A stretch of 64,000 nt of DNA. Source: Podarcis gaigeae (taxonomy: Eukaryota). Made by a program: the position numbers and the translations under genes. Positions within the stretch are counted from its first letter, which is position 1; every line of letters starts with the position of its first letter. Positions 1 to 13,300 of the stretch are shown here, one piece after another. The stretch is taken from assembly GCA_964106915.2 (NCBI GenBank), contig OZ066929.1. One strand, written 5' to 3'. The notes beneath the pieces were generated by a model that worked only from the letters and a program-made list of their open reading frames with translations, was not told where the DNA came from and ran no database searches.

Positions 1-2
1 CA

Positions 3-1372
<1,370 letters not shown>

Positions 1373-2968
1373 TGCGATTTCAGAGCTGTGCCTCTAAGGA
1401 CGGAGAGAAGGTGCCTGTAGCAGTTCTGCCTTTAGATCCCAGTTTACAGTAAATGTGAGAAGAGGGGTGGCAGCACCAATGTGCTAGAAAGAAGAGAGAG
1501 AGGCAGGGAACCAGCAGCTGTCAGAGCACTTGAGCGGCAGGCGCTTGCCAGGGTTTCTGCTGAGCCCGGAGGTTTGCTGGAGTTCGCTGTTGCTCTCTTT
1601 TCTGCTCACGGCCACCTTCTGGAGAATAATTAACTCCGGGAACATGGCTGGACACACTGTTCAGTATAAATCCATCCACCTACAGTGAAACAAACAAGAG
1701 ACGCTAGCCTGGGATAAACAGAGCTGTCTTCTGAGTAGAAAGATTAACAAGGGTTTCCTCACTCCCACTACACTCTGACCCCTGAACTCAAATAGCACGA
1801 TGGAGTAAAGGGGGGGGGGGAATCAATGCCTTCCTCAATCAGGTCTACAACATAATCTTTGATAGGAACTAAGTCCTGCTGCAGAAGCAAGCTGCCTATG
1901 GGCTGGGCAGTCTACCTAGCACCACCCTTCCTAGGAAAAGAGTCTTGCTCCCAAAAGAAGTTGCAAAGCTATAAAGACATTATCCTGCAGTCGCAGACAC
2001 TGATGGATTGCTCTGTCAAAATCAGGAAGGCAAGAAGGCTGTCTCTTGTATTGGCAGGAACATAGGCAGACTGCCTTACAGAGTCAGATCATGGGTCCAT
2101 CTAGCTCAGTATTGTCAACACGGACAGGCAGCAAGAATCTCTCTAGGTTTTGGCAGGGGGTATCTTCCAGCCCTACCTCAGACTGCTGTGGGTTGAACCT
2201 GGGACTTTTTGAATGCAAGGCAGAGGCTCTACCACTGAGTGATGGCCCTGATACTGCAAGTGAATTAAAAACCAAACACTTCCCTCTACTGTATTTCCAG
2301 GGTGGACCACCAAGCTTATTAATTTGGAAGACTTTTATTCTGCCTTTCAATTTATCAAAATTCCTAAGGAAGCTTCTAAATGTAGAGCAAAAATACAAAA
2401 ATCAAGGCGTATAAATGTAAAAGCACAAAAATAAAAGCATAAAATACAGAAAGGCAGCATAAAATTAAAATCCAAAACAATTTAAAGCACTAGATGAACT
2501 GCTTTTGCCCACACTGTTTGAAATCAAACCATGCAGGCAAAGGCACAACCAGAAAAGTACTAACACAGTCCCATAAACAGTGCTTCATAAGACCAGACAA
2601 TCAGCTTACTCTTGGGATTTGAAAGCCCATATGCACAGGACTGATCAGCTGTGCTTGCAAACCCGCTTTCGACTCAGCCCTGTTTTACCTGCCCCATATA
2701 GCTTGGCAGAAACATTGAAACATCTTTTTCTGTTTGTGTCCACCTTTGCCCTCCATCTCCCTTTAAGCTTTCTCCCCGTTTTTAATTATTTATAAAGCAC
2801 TCACATTATAAAATATCAGGGTGGTGTACAAAAAACAAGGATAAGTATAAAATGTATGTTGATATGAATGACAACAGAAAAGTTCAGTCAGAAAAGGCTT
2901 GGGCAGATAGAAAGATCTTAAGCACACATCTGGAAGATTAGATTGTTGGGGCATGCCATATCTTAATA

Positions 2969-3194
2969 CAGTGGTACCTCAGGTTACATACGCTTCAGGT
3001 TACAGACTCCACTAACCCAGAAATAGTACTTCGGGTTAAAAACTTTGCTTCAGGATGAGAACAGAAATTGTGCAGCAGCGGCGCGGCAGCAGCAGGAGGC
3101 CCCATTAGCTAAAGTGGTGCTTCAGGTTAAGAACAGTTTCAGGTTAAGAACGGACCTCCGGAACGAATTAAGTACTTAACCCGAGGTACCACTG
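2969..3194. mobile_element. Non-autonomous Tc1/mariner (Tigger/pogo-like) MITE
   Basis: Terminal inverted repeats CAGTGGTACCTCAGGTTA / TAACCCGAGGTACCACTG, flanked by TA on both sides (2967-68, 3195-96). Confidence 0.85.
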
Positions 3195-5462
3195 TATATC
3201 CCATGTTAAAGGGACTGCCCATAAGAGGAAAACCTTCCATAAGTTTGCTTGCCATTTGCCTTTTATCATAATTAACGCTTCCTTTTTCTGGAAAAGTTTA
3301 GGCTTTGTCTCTGTTATTTCCTTTCAGGTACCTTAGGGCACTCTGCTCACCAGACTAGGGTTCCTAAAGTTACGCATGCTGTGCTTCTGTGGATTTGATA
3401 AACATGCTAGTTTCTTGGCCAGCTCTACTTGCTCAACAGCCTGTCCTTTGCCACAACAGAACCAGGGCTGCAAAAAACAGGTACCCCAAGCACTAGAGTA
3501 ATCTCACCCATCATTATTCCATGAAAACAGAAAAGTAAGTTTTAGACAGACATGCAGACACAATTCCATGCAGTGCGTTCCAGTCAATAAATTTAGTTGT
3601 CACATTTTGCATCAGTTTATGTGTAGTCTTCAAAGGCAGCTCCTAGAAGCGTTGCAGTAACCCAAGTTAGATGTTACCAGGTCACAGACAATGATTACCA
3701 GGTGCAGGAGGTGAATCAGCCCAAGTTGCTGAAAAGCTTGTGCTAGATGCCATCTGGGCTTCCAGCATAAGGCTGCATCAAACTGAGACATCCCCAAGGT
3801 GCAAACTATTACAGTAGGAGGAATGGATGAGAAAATGAAACACCCACCATGCGGTTGATTAGATGAACTGGCCCTCTTCTTATTACTGTTAAGTTTATTA
3901 GCATTTGTCTGGTCCATGGCAGACTGCAATTTCCCTGCTCAGAACATCCTGTCTCACATGAATCCTGTATGAAAAGGATAGAGCTGAGTGTAAACAGCAT
4001 ATTAGCAACTGCTCTGCAAATTTCTTCTTAAGCAACAGAAAGAATGAAACACTCTTGTGGCACTCCATAGCACATATGCCATGGGGCAAAGTAAAAGTCC
4101 CCCAAGACAGCATGGGGAATCTGAGCTGAGCCAAATGCAACCCTCCAAGCCTTTCTACCCAGCCATCATGCCACTCTCCTAACTGGTTCAGCTCTGTACC
4201 CTTCTTAAGTGCTTTTGTGTGGTTGGAATGTGTCGCTGAACTGTGATAATGCCTTTTGCTAGCATGGATGAAAGGATGGGTAACTTGTGGCTGGCTGCTG
4301 GAATGTAGCCTCTTGTACAGACCTAAGAGTTACGGCTGTTGTTCTACACACTTTTTGCCTCCTGCTCTGGGCACCATTGATATGTTCTCTCTGCAAAACA
4401 ATTGTCCATGAGCTGAAAAATGTCTCCCCCCCCCACTTTTAAAAAAGTTTCCTTGCTTCTTTTAAGGAGTTCCAAGACTAAATCTCATTCAGAGATTTAA
4501 AATCTGCTTTGACATGTGATAATTTCACTGCAGTGTTGCTAGACAGCACTACTGTAGTTTGCTGCCATTTTTGTGTCCTCTCACAGGGACTTTGGAACAA
4601 AAGGATAAATTTTGTATTGAAAAGTGAGCTAGTAGAGAACTAGTAGAGAGCAAAGTAGAATGAAGTTGAAATGGACAAGGCAGGACTCAGACTCCCCGCA
4701 CAGATGTGGGACCACCTAAAATTATAAATGGGCTACAGAGTCCTGCAATTTCAAGGGTCCTTAACAAGAACTCCTTTAAACTTCACATAAAGTCCAGGGT
4801 TGCAGCAGAAAGCTATTGCTCTGTGTTTGAGCTAAATTTCCCCAGCTACTTGCTTTTTAGAAGGGCTTATTCCTGGGACACGGTGAAGCAGTTTGCAGAC
4901 ATTTGTCCTGAGTGGTAAGAGCATGGTCACATTTATCCCAGTTTTTCACAGCCCTCTGAAGGAGATCCCATATCTTACTTAAACAGTATGACTTTCTAGA
5001 GCCTAAAAGGGCTTGGAAACAAGCATGCAAAATCAATAAAGGAAAGTCCATCAAAATGGTTCTGATACAAGTCTGATGAAGTCAGCGGAGCTTTCCCTCT
5101 ACTGAATTTAGGCCAAAGAATAATTAACAGAGATAACTTTACAATTGGGTAACTGCCGGCAATGGGCAGTCAGCCAAGCTGGAGGACTGTGCCAAGGGCT
5201 AATGCTAATATGTACACTTTTTCAGAGTAAAACTTTTATCTAGTCACTTGTTACACCACTATCTAAAACTAAGACTGTGTTACAGGATACTTTACATTAC
5301 ATTTTATAATGAAGACAACTCTGTGTGAACAGCTGTCTATTAGTGTCTCTTCCTAAGTAGAACAGGATCCCCAAGGATGTGCTTTTGGAGGAGCTTGCTT
5401 TCAGGCACTAGGTTGGCACTGGCAGACCAATTCTGCATTACAAAGATGTCTGCAAATGTGAC

Positions 5463-5625
5463 ATAATAATAATAATAATAATTTTTTATTTATACCCCGC
5501 CCTCCCCAGCCAAGGCCGGGCTCAGAGCGGCTTACAAGCAATAATAAAAACAAGATGAATGATTACAAACTTAAAAACAAAAATAAAACACAACAATTAA
5601 AATAATGGAACATTAAAATATTAAT
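5463..5625 (-). mobile_element. 3' end fragment of an L2-like LINE/SINE with (TAA)n tail
   Basis: (ATA)n tail followed by TTTATTTATACCCCGCCC...CTCAGAGCGGCTTACA, a pattern typical of squamate L2-related 3' ends. Confidence 0.55.
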
Positions 5626-6399
5626 GAGGGTTGACATTAACCTCGCCATATGGAAACCCTTGCAGACAACTGCAGTGCCTGGAGAGTGTCAGGTCATGAA
5701 ACGCTGTGAGGCATCTGCAGCAGCAAAACCAGATGCCTTCATTTACCCCACCTGCAATAAAACATGTCTCTCTCATATTGGGTTTCTACAGCCACAACAG
5801 GTGCTGTAACTCTCCAACTGTTTGACTTTACCTCTGATGGTGCACTCTTTCATTGTCTCTTGAGAGACAGATGCCAAAAATGGGGGTTTGTGTGTTTTCC
5901 TAATATGCTGTACTGTATGTAATATTAATGTAGTATATGATGTAATGTATTTATGTATTTCTGTGTGCCATTGTCATACACACACATATATATTCCAACC
6001 TACATTCTGAGAGACGCTTTGGGTTACAAGTGACTAGTAAGTTTAATTTAATAAATAATAAGGGGAGGGAGGCAATAGTTATGGTGGAGTTAACAGTTCA
6101 ACTTTAGCCTGAGATAATTCTGTATACTTTAAGCGGATGTTTGAATTTAAAAAGTTTGGGATTGGAGAACAGCGCTATATATTAGGAGCTGCACTGTATA
6201 TATTAGGAGCTGCAACCCAAATATTATCCAATTTCTTACCCCCTTTTCATCATGTGGTTGCGGGAAGTATGACAACAATTTTAAAAAGTACAGTGCTGAA
6301 ATCAGTATTAAAAGAAATACAAACATCGTGAGTCAAATATTTTGAGGTGCCAAAGGCTATTTAGGCTAAAACAATAACGAATTTTAATGCCACGTAATA

Positions 6400-7330
6400 T
6401 AAAACACCTTCCCGCGTGACGTGGTCTAGGCAGAGATGGGGCTAAATCGAGAAACGGCAGCATCTTGAGTCTGTCTCGGGTGTTTGTGGGGGTGCCTGGC
6501 ACGTACCCCATACGGAGCCAGACAGGAAAGGCAATTGAAGGTGCAGAGGCAGTCAGGAGACCGGACGGGTCCCCCGACCCCGGGCGGAGACTATTCGCAT
6601 TCCATTCCTCCCGCCTGGGGATGGGTTCAGGCAGCGCGAGGAGCCCACCTGCCCCAGGGGAGCGCCATCCCTTCACCCTCCGAGAGGATAGCGGCGCGAC
6701 AGCGGTAACCTTTTAGTATAGATCTACACAACAAGGGAAGCAAAGGTCGCAGGAAGAAACTTTTATCACGCTCGCCGCAGACGCTCCCTCCCGCTCCCAA
6801 AGGCCTCCGGGCGCCCATCAACGTCGGCCCGGGCACCTTGGGCCCATACAATTCAAGGGCGCTTGCCCAAGCCGGACGTGGACCATTCGCCGCCGCCAAC
6901 CCACCAACCGGCCGCGGTGGTTCCTCTGCACCAGCCGCAGGAAAAGTGGGCTAACCTGATAGTGGCTCCTCAGCGACCCGCAGCTTGAAGCTCCGCCTTG
7001 CGGAAAGCATTCTCCTCGGCTATTGAGCAAGGGGCACGCCACTCTCCGAGCTCCTCCAATCCATATTGTCCGTGTCGACAGGTAAGAGCTTCCGGCCAAT
7101 CCCTGCCTCTCGCGCGCAGAATTCTCTATGGCAACGCTTCCCTTTCTAAGCAGGGTCGCCATCCGTGTTTGGCCTCCTTTACCTGTTTTCCCGTCGACCT
7201 CACGTCCCAAGCCAAGCTGCAGCGCACGCGCACTTCCCCCTACTGAAAGACCTGCGCGGCCTTCCAAGTTTGAATCACTTTTCCCGCCAAAAAGTAATGA
7301 CGAGAAAGGGCTGCGCCTTTTGAGGCAGCC
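6400..7330 (-). promoter_or_regulatory. CpG island, probable SLC37A4 housekeeping promoter and non-coding first exon
   Basis: CpG-dense, GC-rich segment upstream of the SLC37A4 coding exons and downstream of the HYOU1 3' end. CCAAT motifs near 7035 and 7096; candidate minus-strand donor CAG|GTTAGC near 6955. Confidence 0.6.
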
Positions 7331-8019
7331 CAAGGCTGCGCTGAAAGCATTTTAAGTAGGAAGCACCTTGAGGAGAAGCTGAAGGAGGCCATAAATAAAA
7401 TAAAATAAAAATAAAAGAGTGCTGATTTCCCCCCCTTGGCCAGCAACTTCCACAGTGGAATGGTCACCAAGGCAACAGCCTCCCTGTCCTTCCTGTCAAA
7501 AATGAAACCCCAACTGAAGGCATCAAGCACCACACCAAACAAGGCCCTGGCTTCATGCTAGGAGTATTTAAAGTTTAGGAAAAAATCCAACACCCTTTTA
7601 TATAGTGGGGGCTTAACATGAGACAGGATTCCAAACTAAAAAGAGGTTCAGGGACAAGAAAAAAATCACACAAGTAAAGGTAGCCAATATGGTGGTCATC
7701 AGATGTTGTTGGACTGCCTTTGGGCTTAAGCCATTCGGGCTTAAAAGAATAGGGGCCTAACACCTGGAGGGCACCACAATTGACTACCCAAGCTCTAGAA
7801 TGCATCCACCAATATGAAGGGGAAGGAAGCGAGAGGAAAGAAAAACTGCACTTAGGCACCATGGCCAATTCTCACTGCCCACACAGGAGGCCTGGATGGG
7901 TTAGGGATTACCAAACAGGCAGCCCCTCACCTTTTAGAAATCCATCACTGCAGCAGGTAGTAGGTAGCACTTTAGGATCCATCTGTTTGAGAGGGTAGCC
8001 AGTGTAGGTTCCACCAATT

Positions 8020-8079
8020 TTTATTCTTCCATTTAAAAAGAGTGATTTTTTTTTTTTTAGAAAAGCAAGTTATTTTATT
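8020..8079 (-). terminator. Candidate HYOU1 polyadenylation signals
   Basis: AATAAA on the minus strand at 8079-8074 and 8025-8020, about 2.3 kb after the HYOU1 stop codon. Confidence 0.5.
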
Positions 8080-8696
8080 GAAACCATTTTCAAAAGGAGC
8101 AAATACATTTCAACTGAATGACTTAAAATGTGATCACCACCCGCTTTCTCTTTTCCTCCCTCCAGAAAAAAAAGTTAACAGAACTGACCAACGAGCACCT
8201 GAACATTGATGTAAAACAAACAACTCCAGACTCCACAGCTAAGTAAGTGCCAATATGGCAGAGGGAACTTGCACAATTTCTGCAGAGCACACAAAGGTGG
8301 CAGCACAAGGTACTCTCTTGCCTACTGGCTTTCTGGATTAGGCTTAGTTGGGTTTTAGGCAGCAGCAGAGGAATGGAAGAGGGAACATTCCTCCTTCACT
8401 CCCAAATTACATTCCCATGGCAGAGAAATTAAAACTTCTAAGCCTGCCCTGTTCAAAAGGGGGAAATTTTTAAGAAAAGACAGACACAGCACAAGACAAA
8501 TTCAGGGAAATGTTTTTCAGGAAACCAAGATTTACATTCAAATTCCAATTACTTTATCAATGCTCACAGTAGAATGCACATTCTCATCAAAAAATAGGTA
8601 TGCAGAAATAGTTGCTTTGTTTTTAATAAGGTTTTAAACTCCATTTTCATCAAAATCCAAATATTCAATGCACATTTTAACAGAGGCAAAAACACC

Positions 8697-8768
<72 letters not shown>
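8697..8768. repeat. Compound microsatellite (TG)10(TA)8CATA(CA)16
   Basis: Read directly from the sequence. Confidence 0.95.
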
Positions 8769-8769
<1 letters not shown>

Positions 8770-10341
8770 CTGGGAAAGATGGCAAGCTTAACTTCCAAGC
8801 ACAAGTATAAAGCTTGTTGAAATGAAGAGGAAAGGGGGCATTACAATAGGCAGCACACAATTTAGTATTAATTTCTCACATTTGCCTTGTTCTAGGAGCC
8901 TGTAGCATTTGGCATACCACTTCTGCCTGAATACTAGAGAAATAATTCCTCAAAGTTGCAAGTTAAGACAAAGACGTCTTGAAATTAATTCAAGAGAAGA
9001 ACACATTTCCAAATTGATTTTAGGGACTAGGAGGCAGTGCTTAGGAATGAGTTGCTGAGCAATGATGTTAAAGAAAACGCGGTCTCAGCATGGTCTACAT
9101 ATGATATTCCTTTGAACAGTTTGGACATTGTGTGTAGAGGGGAAAACTGAAGTAAAAAGGGCTGGATGAAGTTTTTCCTCTACTTTGTGATATCTTTACA
9201 TATTCTAGTTTATGTGCAGTTGGACTGATTTGTACTTCTGAAAACTGAAGTATCACAATTATTTGTCCTATAGCCAAAGCTGTCCCTACTACACTACTAG
9301 GTGGCCAAAGTGGAAAGTTCAGCTGCCAGTAGGGTGACTGAGCTAGTAAATAAAAGGTGCACACACACAAATGTGCATTCACCACCCAAGACAGCAAGCT
9401 TTGTAAGCCAGCTTCCCAAATCACCATATAACACCAGCAGTATTAGGAAATGGCAAGACTAAGAACAGTGCCCAGTGTTGCTGGGAAGGCAATTAGAAAG
9501 CAAAACTACAAACTTGAGGAGCAAATAAAATAGGTAAAGAAAACCTGTACCTTTCTGGGATAGATCAGACTTCCTGCTTTATTACAACAGCATAGTTTCA
9601 TGGGCCTCTTAGAAAATGACTGGCATTAGGGAGTTTTGCTAAAGGCAGTAACTGATAATAAGAATCAGGGATACGTGTCTCATCAGTGGCCATCCCTGCT
9701 ATGCTACAGCTGTCTGATAAATACTTCTGAAAGCAGAGTTGTATAGTTATCTGTTTCAGCATTTTGGTTTTCCTTCCAAGCATTGTCAACTTCTTTTACT
9801 CTCCACTCCTGTTTCATCCATTTCAGTTGCACAGACACCCCCAAAACAGAAAACTGTCCATCAACAGCCCAAGAGTAAGGATATAAAGGGACTTGCTCAT
9901 TCAAGCCTAGTTGATGAACCATAACATGATGAGGCTGCAGCAGATGGTTCCAATTTGATATTTCCAGTTGCAGACAAATAATGTTTCCAGAAGGTGAAGC
10001 ATAGCCCAAAAAACTGCTGATGCCAACTGTCATTTCCTAGAACAGTTTCAGGTAGATTTAAATCTACTGGTTAGAAGTGCAATTCAGGGGACAGTGCTGT
10101 GGAAAACACAGCAAGAGTGCCCAGTGAGCTCAAAGTCATTTTTAAAGAAAGGAAGAGACAAGACAACACACCAAAATCAGCAACAAATAAATCCCCAACA
10201 GAAAGAAAAAAAATGTACAGCTCTATTGCATTTTGTTGTCAGTCTGTGCCATGTTCCACTAACCAGGTCCATCATAAAAACAATGGAGTTAACTGTAAAT
10301 AAATAGGTGTTGGTGCAAGGGGGGGGGCGTTTAAGGAACTG

Positions 10342-13300
10342 TTATAATTCATCATTGGTTCTGGTGTCTTCCCTTGTTTCCGACCTCTTGTCAGTTTGTG
10401 GCCCTGAAAAGAGCAAGAGCAGAAAAACCATAATGAATCAAAACTGTGCAGCATGCACAACAACTTTCCAAATCAAGATAGTACTAGGGAAACATGTTCA
10501 GATACACAAAGAGTAAGAAACAGGGTAGCAGGGTTAGAAAGCAAGAGCAGGCAGATAAAGCCATGGCTTGAGACTCAAACATATTAGCGGAATGGAAGAG
10601 CATTTGGAATTGAAAAGTAAAGGGTTGCTACCTCTACATTTGCTAACCCTAACCCTGGACGGTTCCAAAGGGATTTGGTTCTTCAAGATTCCCAGTGCCA
10701 ACCCTCGTGCAGTACAGGGATGAGGTAAACAGGAAGTAAGAAAAGGGTAATTGGGGAAAAAAATACATTGCCATCCTTGAGATGCATGCTGCATAAAAAT
10801 TCAATCAGTTTTGTGGCACTTTAAACCCACACATTTGTGCCACTTAAATTCCCTACACGTGCTCTTGAGGCCCCTTCTTCCATCAGGACTGTTGAGATCA
10901 CTTGGTGAGGAGCTTTTGCCAGGAGACCCTTCCCCTGAGTTGGCAGGGCAAGGAGGAGAGAGCAAGTCTTGTCTGGGAATAGCTCATCCCTCTGTATTAC
11001 TGTCTTTTCTCCTCCCTCCTTGAATGTTGGGAATGCTATTGGTGCCCCTTAAGCATCACAGTGCCCATTTCAGCTGTAAAAGTCTTTTCTGAAAGCAGCC
11101 ACGTCCCCCCCTGCCTTGCAGCCAATTCCCAGGATGGCATGGAGTTTCCCAGCATTAACTGTATAAATTGACTACGGCTATTAAAATAGTAATTTGAATA
11201 ACTTGTTTCCTTACATTGTTTCACATTGTGAATTTGAGGCCCAGAATAGCATGGCTCCAGAATAAAAGGTTCCTGAATTCCCACTATGATGTGGAGAACC
11301 CAAGAAAAAGCAATCACATGGCCTGGGGAATTCCAATTCTCTCAGCCCAATATTTCCTTACCAGAGTTCTGGTCAGTGATCGAAATAAATCAATTCATTC
11401 CTTACCAGAGTCTGGTCCCAATTCATCATCCAGTGGTGCCTTTTCTTCTATGGGTGGTTCTTTGACTGGGCTAGCATCTTCTGGTTTATCTGGTTGGAAG
11501 GAGAAAAAAAGGTATCCATAGTTGCAGAGGTATGTGCAATGACCAAACTGGATGCACACCACATCACCCAAGAGAAATTTGAGCCATTTACAACACAGCT
11601 CATGGAGCAACCAACTAAAGGCTAGAAGAGGCAGCAAAGAATGAGGACCCTCTTTTACACCAAGCAGTCTTCCACAGGGCTAGTTTCAAACACCAGGGAA
11701 TATGAACAGGGGAATTAGAAGACTACTGATGCTGCTGCGAGACCTTCTTACCTTTTTGATTCTCATCCTTGGGAGGAATGACCTTTTCACCCTCAGGAGG
11801 CACAGTGGTGTTCTTGCCCGCTTCTGTTTTTGTGGTGTTCTTCTTGGGGGGCCTGATCTTTGAAAACTTGGCTTTGTTGAGGAGATATTGCACTTCCCTG
11901 TCCAGAGCTGCAATCTTCAGCTCAATGTCTTTGGAAAGCAGAATAGGCTTCTCGGCGGGCGACAGCTTGGTCTGTTCTGCCAGGGTCTCATTCTTCCACA
12001 ACTAAAACAAACAAACCCAGGAAAACATATTATCCTTAGGCTCCACCTGATAAGACCAGCCCTGTTTGGTGCTGCTCATTTACCAAGTGCCAATGGCCTT
12101 CTGACCTGACACGCCACGACTCTATGCAAAATCACTGCTTGAAAGCTCCACGTGGCCTCTGCTGAGCCCCATTTCTACAACCATTCATTCATTCATACCC
12201 CCATACTCCATAAAGCAAGCACAAGTTGTGGGCTTACTGTATTTTGGCAGGATTCTTAGGTTTACCTGTGAACTGAATCACAACATTCTAAGTAAAAAAA
12301 CCAAAAGGGGTATCTTTTGGAGCCTAGAGCAGAAGGGACAAGACATGCACATGCATGAACGCACATAGTTTGGATACTGAAAAGATTTTCTGCACTCCTT
12401 GTGACCCTTCTTACCGTTGTCTCGTTTATAACTTTTTCCAAGGTGCTTAGCTCCACCTCTGTGAATAACTGATCAGCCTCCGGGATCATGCGAGCGCCCC
12501 TGAAAAAGTGAATGAGAATTGTGTCTCCCTCTTGCCCTGAAGCAGTTTTCACACTATATTAAAGCTCTCCAGTTGGTGTAACTGGCTCCTGTGCAGCCAA
12601 CAACAACTGCTAAAGACAACACCTTCAGCTTTACTGTTCTAGGAAAAGTGACAACTGGGACACAGGATGCAGCACAGAAATATCTAGGCCATAACATTTC
12701 TAGCTAATTTCAACTGCTAAGTTTGACAACCATGTTAACAAGTGAGATAGACAACAGGTGAAACTTCGGGAGATGGTTACAAAGCGGGATTTTTTTTCCA
12801 GTGACCATGAGTGCCAATTTCTTTTGCCTCAAACAATTTTCCTTTCAATTTGGTGACAAAGATATGGAATCAGTAACTGAAGTTCTACACAAAAAAATTG
12901 TAAAATATTGTTCAAGGAAAGGGAAAAAAAACCCAGTATGTAGGACTATGGCAAAATACCAGCCCTCCATAAGAAAAGCAAACTCCACCACACCCTTATA
13001 GCAGCGTGCACATGTGTAATTATCTTGGTCCTTGATATGCACCCTTACTTCCTTTCAAGATAGCAGAGATTTGGAAAGCAACTCTCATGGGTAAGAGTTT
13101 AGCGTTTCATGCTAAGAATCTCAACTTCTCATAAATGGGGACCATTTTTCTATATAACTTTTAGCAAGAGGAAGCTACAGCACTGGAACCTGTAGCTATT
13201 CTTCCATGAGTGCCACTATCAGCTTGAGAACAAGGCTTATTAAAATAAAACTGTTGTGTGGTACAACCAAAAACGGTTTCACTGAAAGTGAACTGCTTCT

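Noticed and set aside
5072-5095. CTGATGA hammerhead-like start
   Set aside because: No stem II followed by GAAA and no stem I; the core is incomplete.
6176-6214. 18-bp direct repeat TATATATTAGGAGCTGCA x2
   Set aside because: Simple local slippage duplication; only two copies and no spacers, so not an array.
6308-7355. Several overlapping ORFs of 74-171 aa
   Set aside because: Expected in stop-poor CpG-island DNA; no recognisable domain or coherent exon structure.
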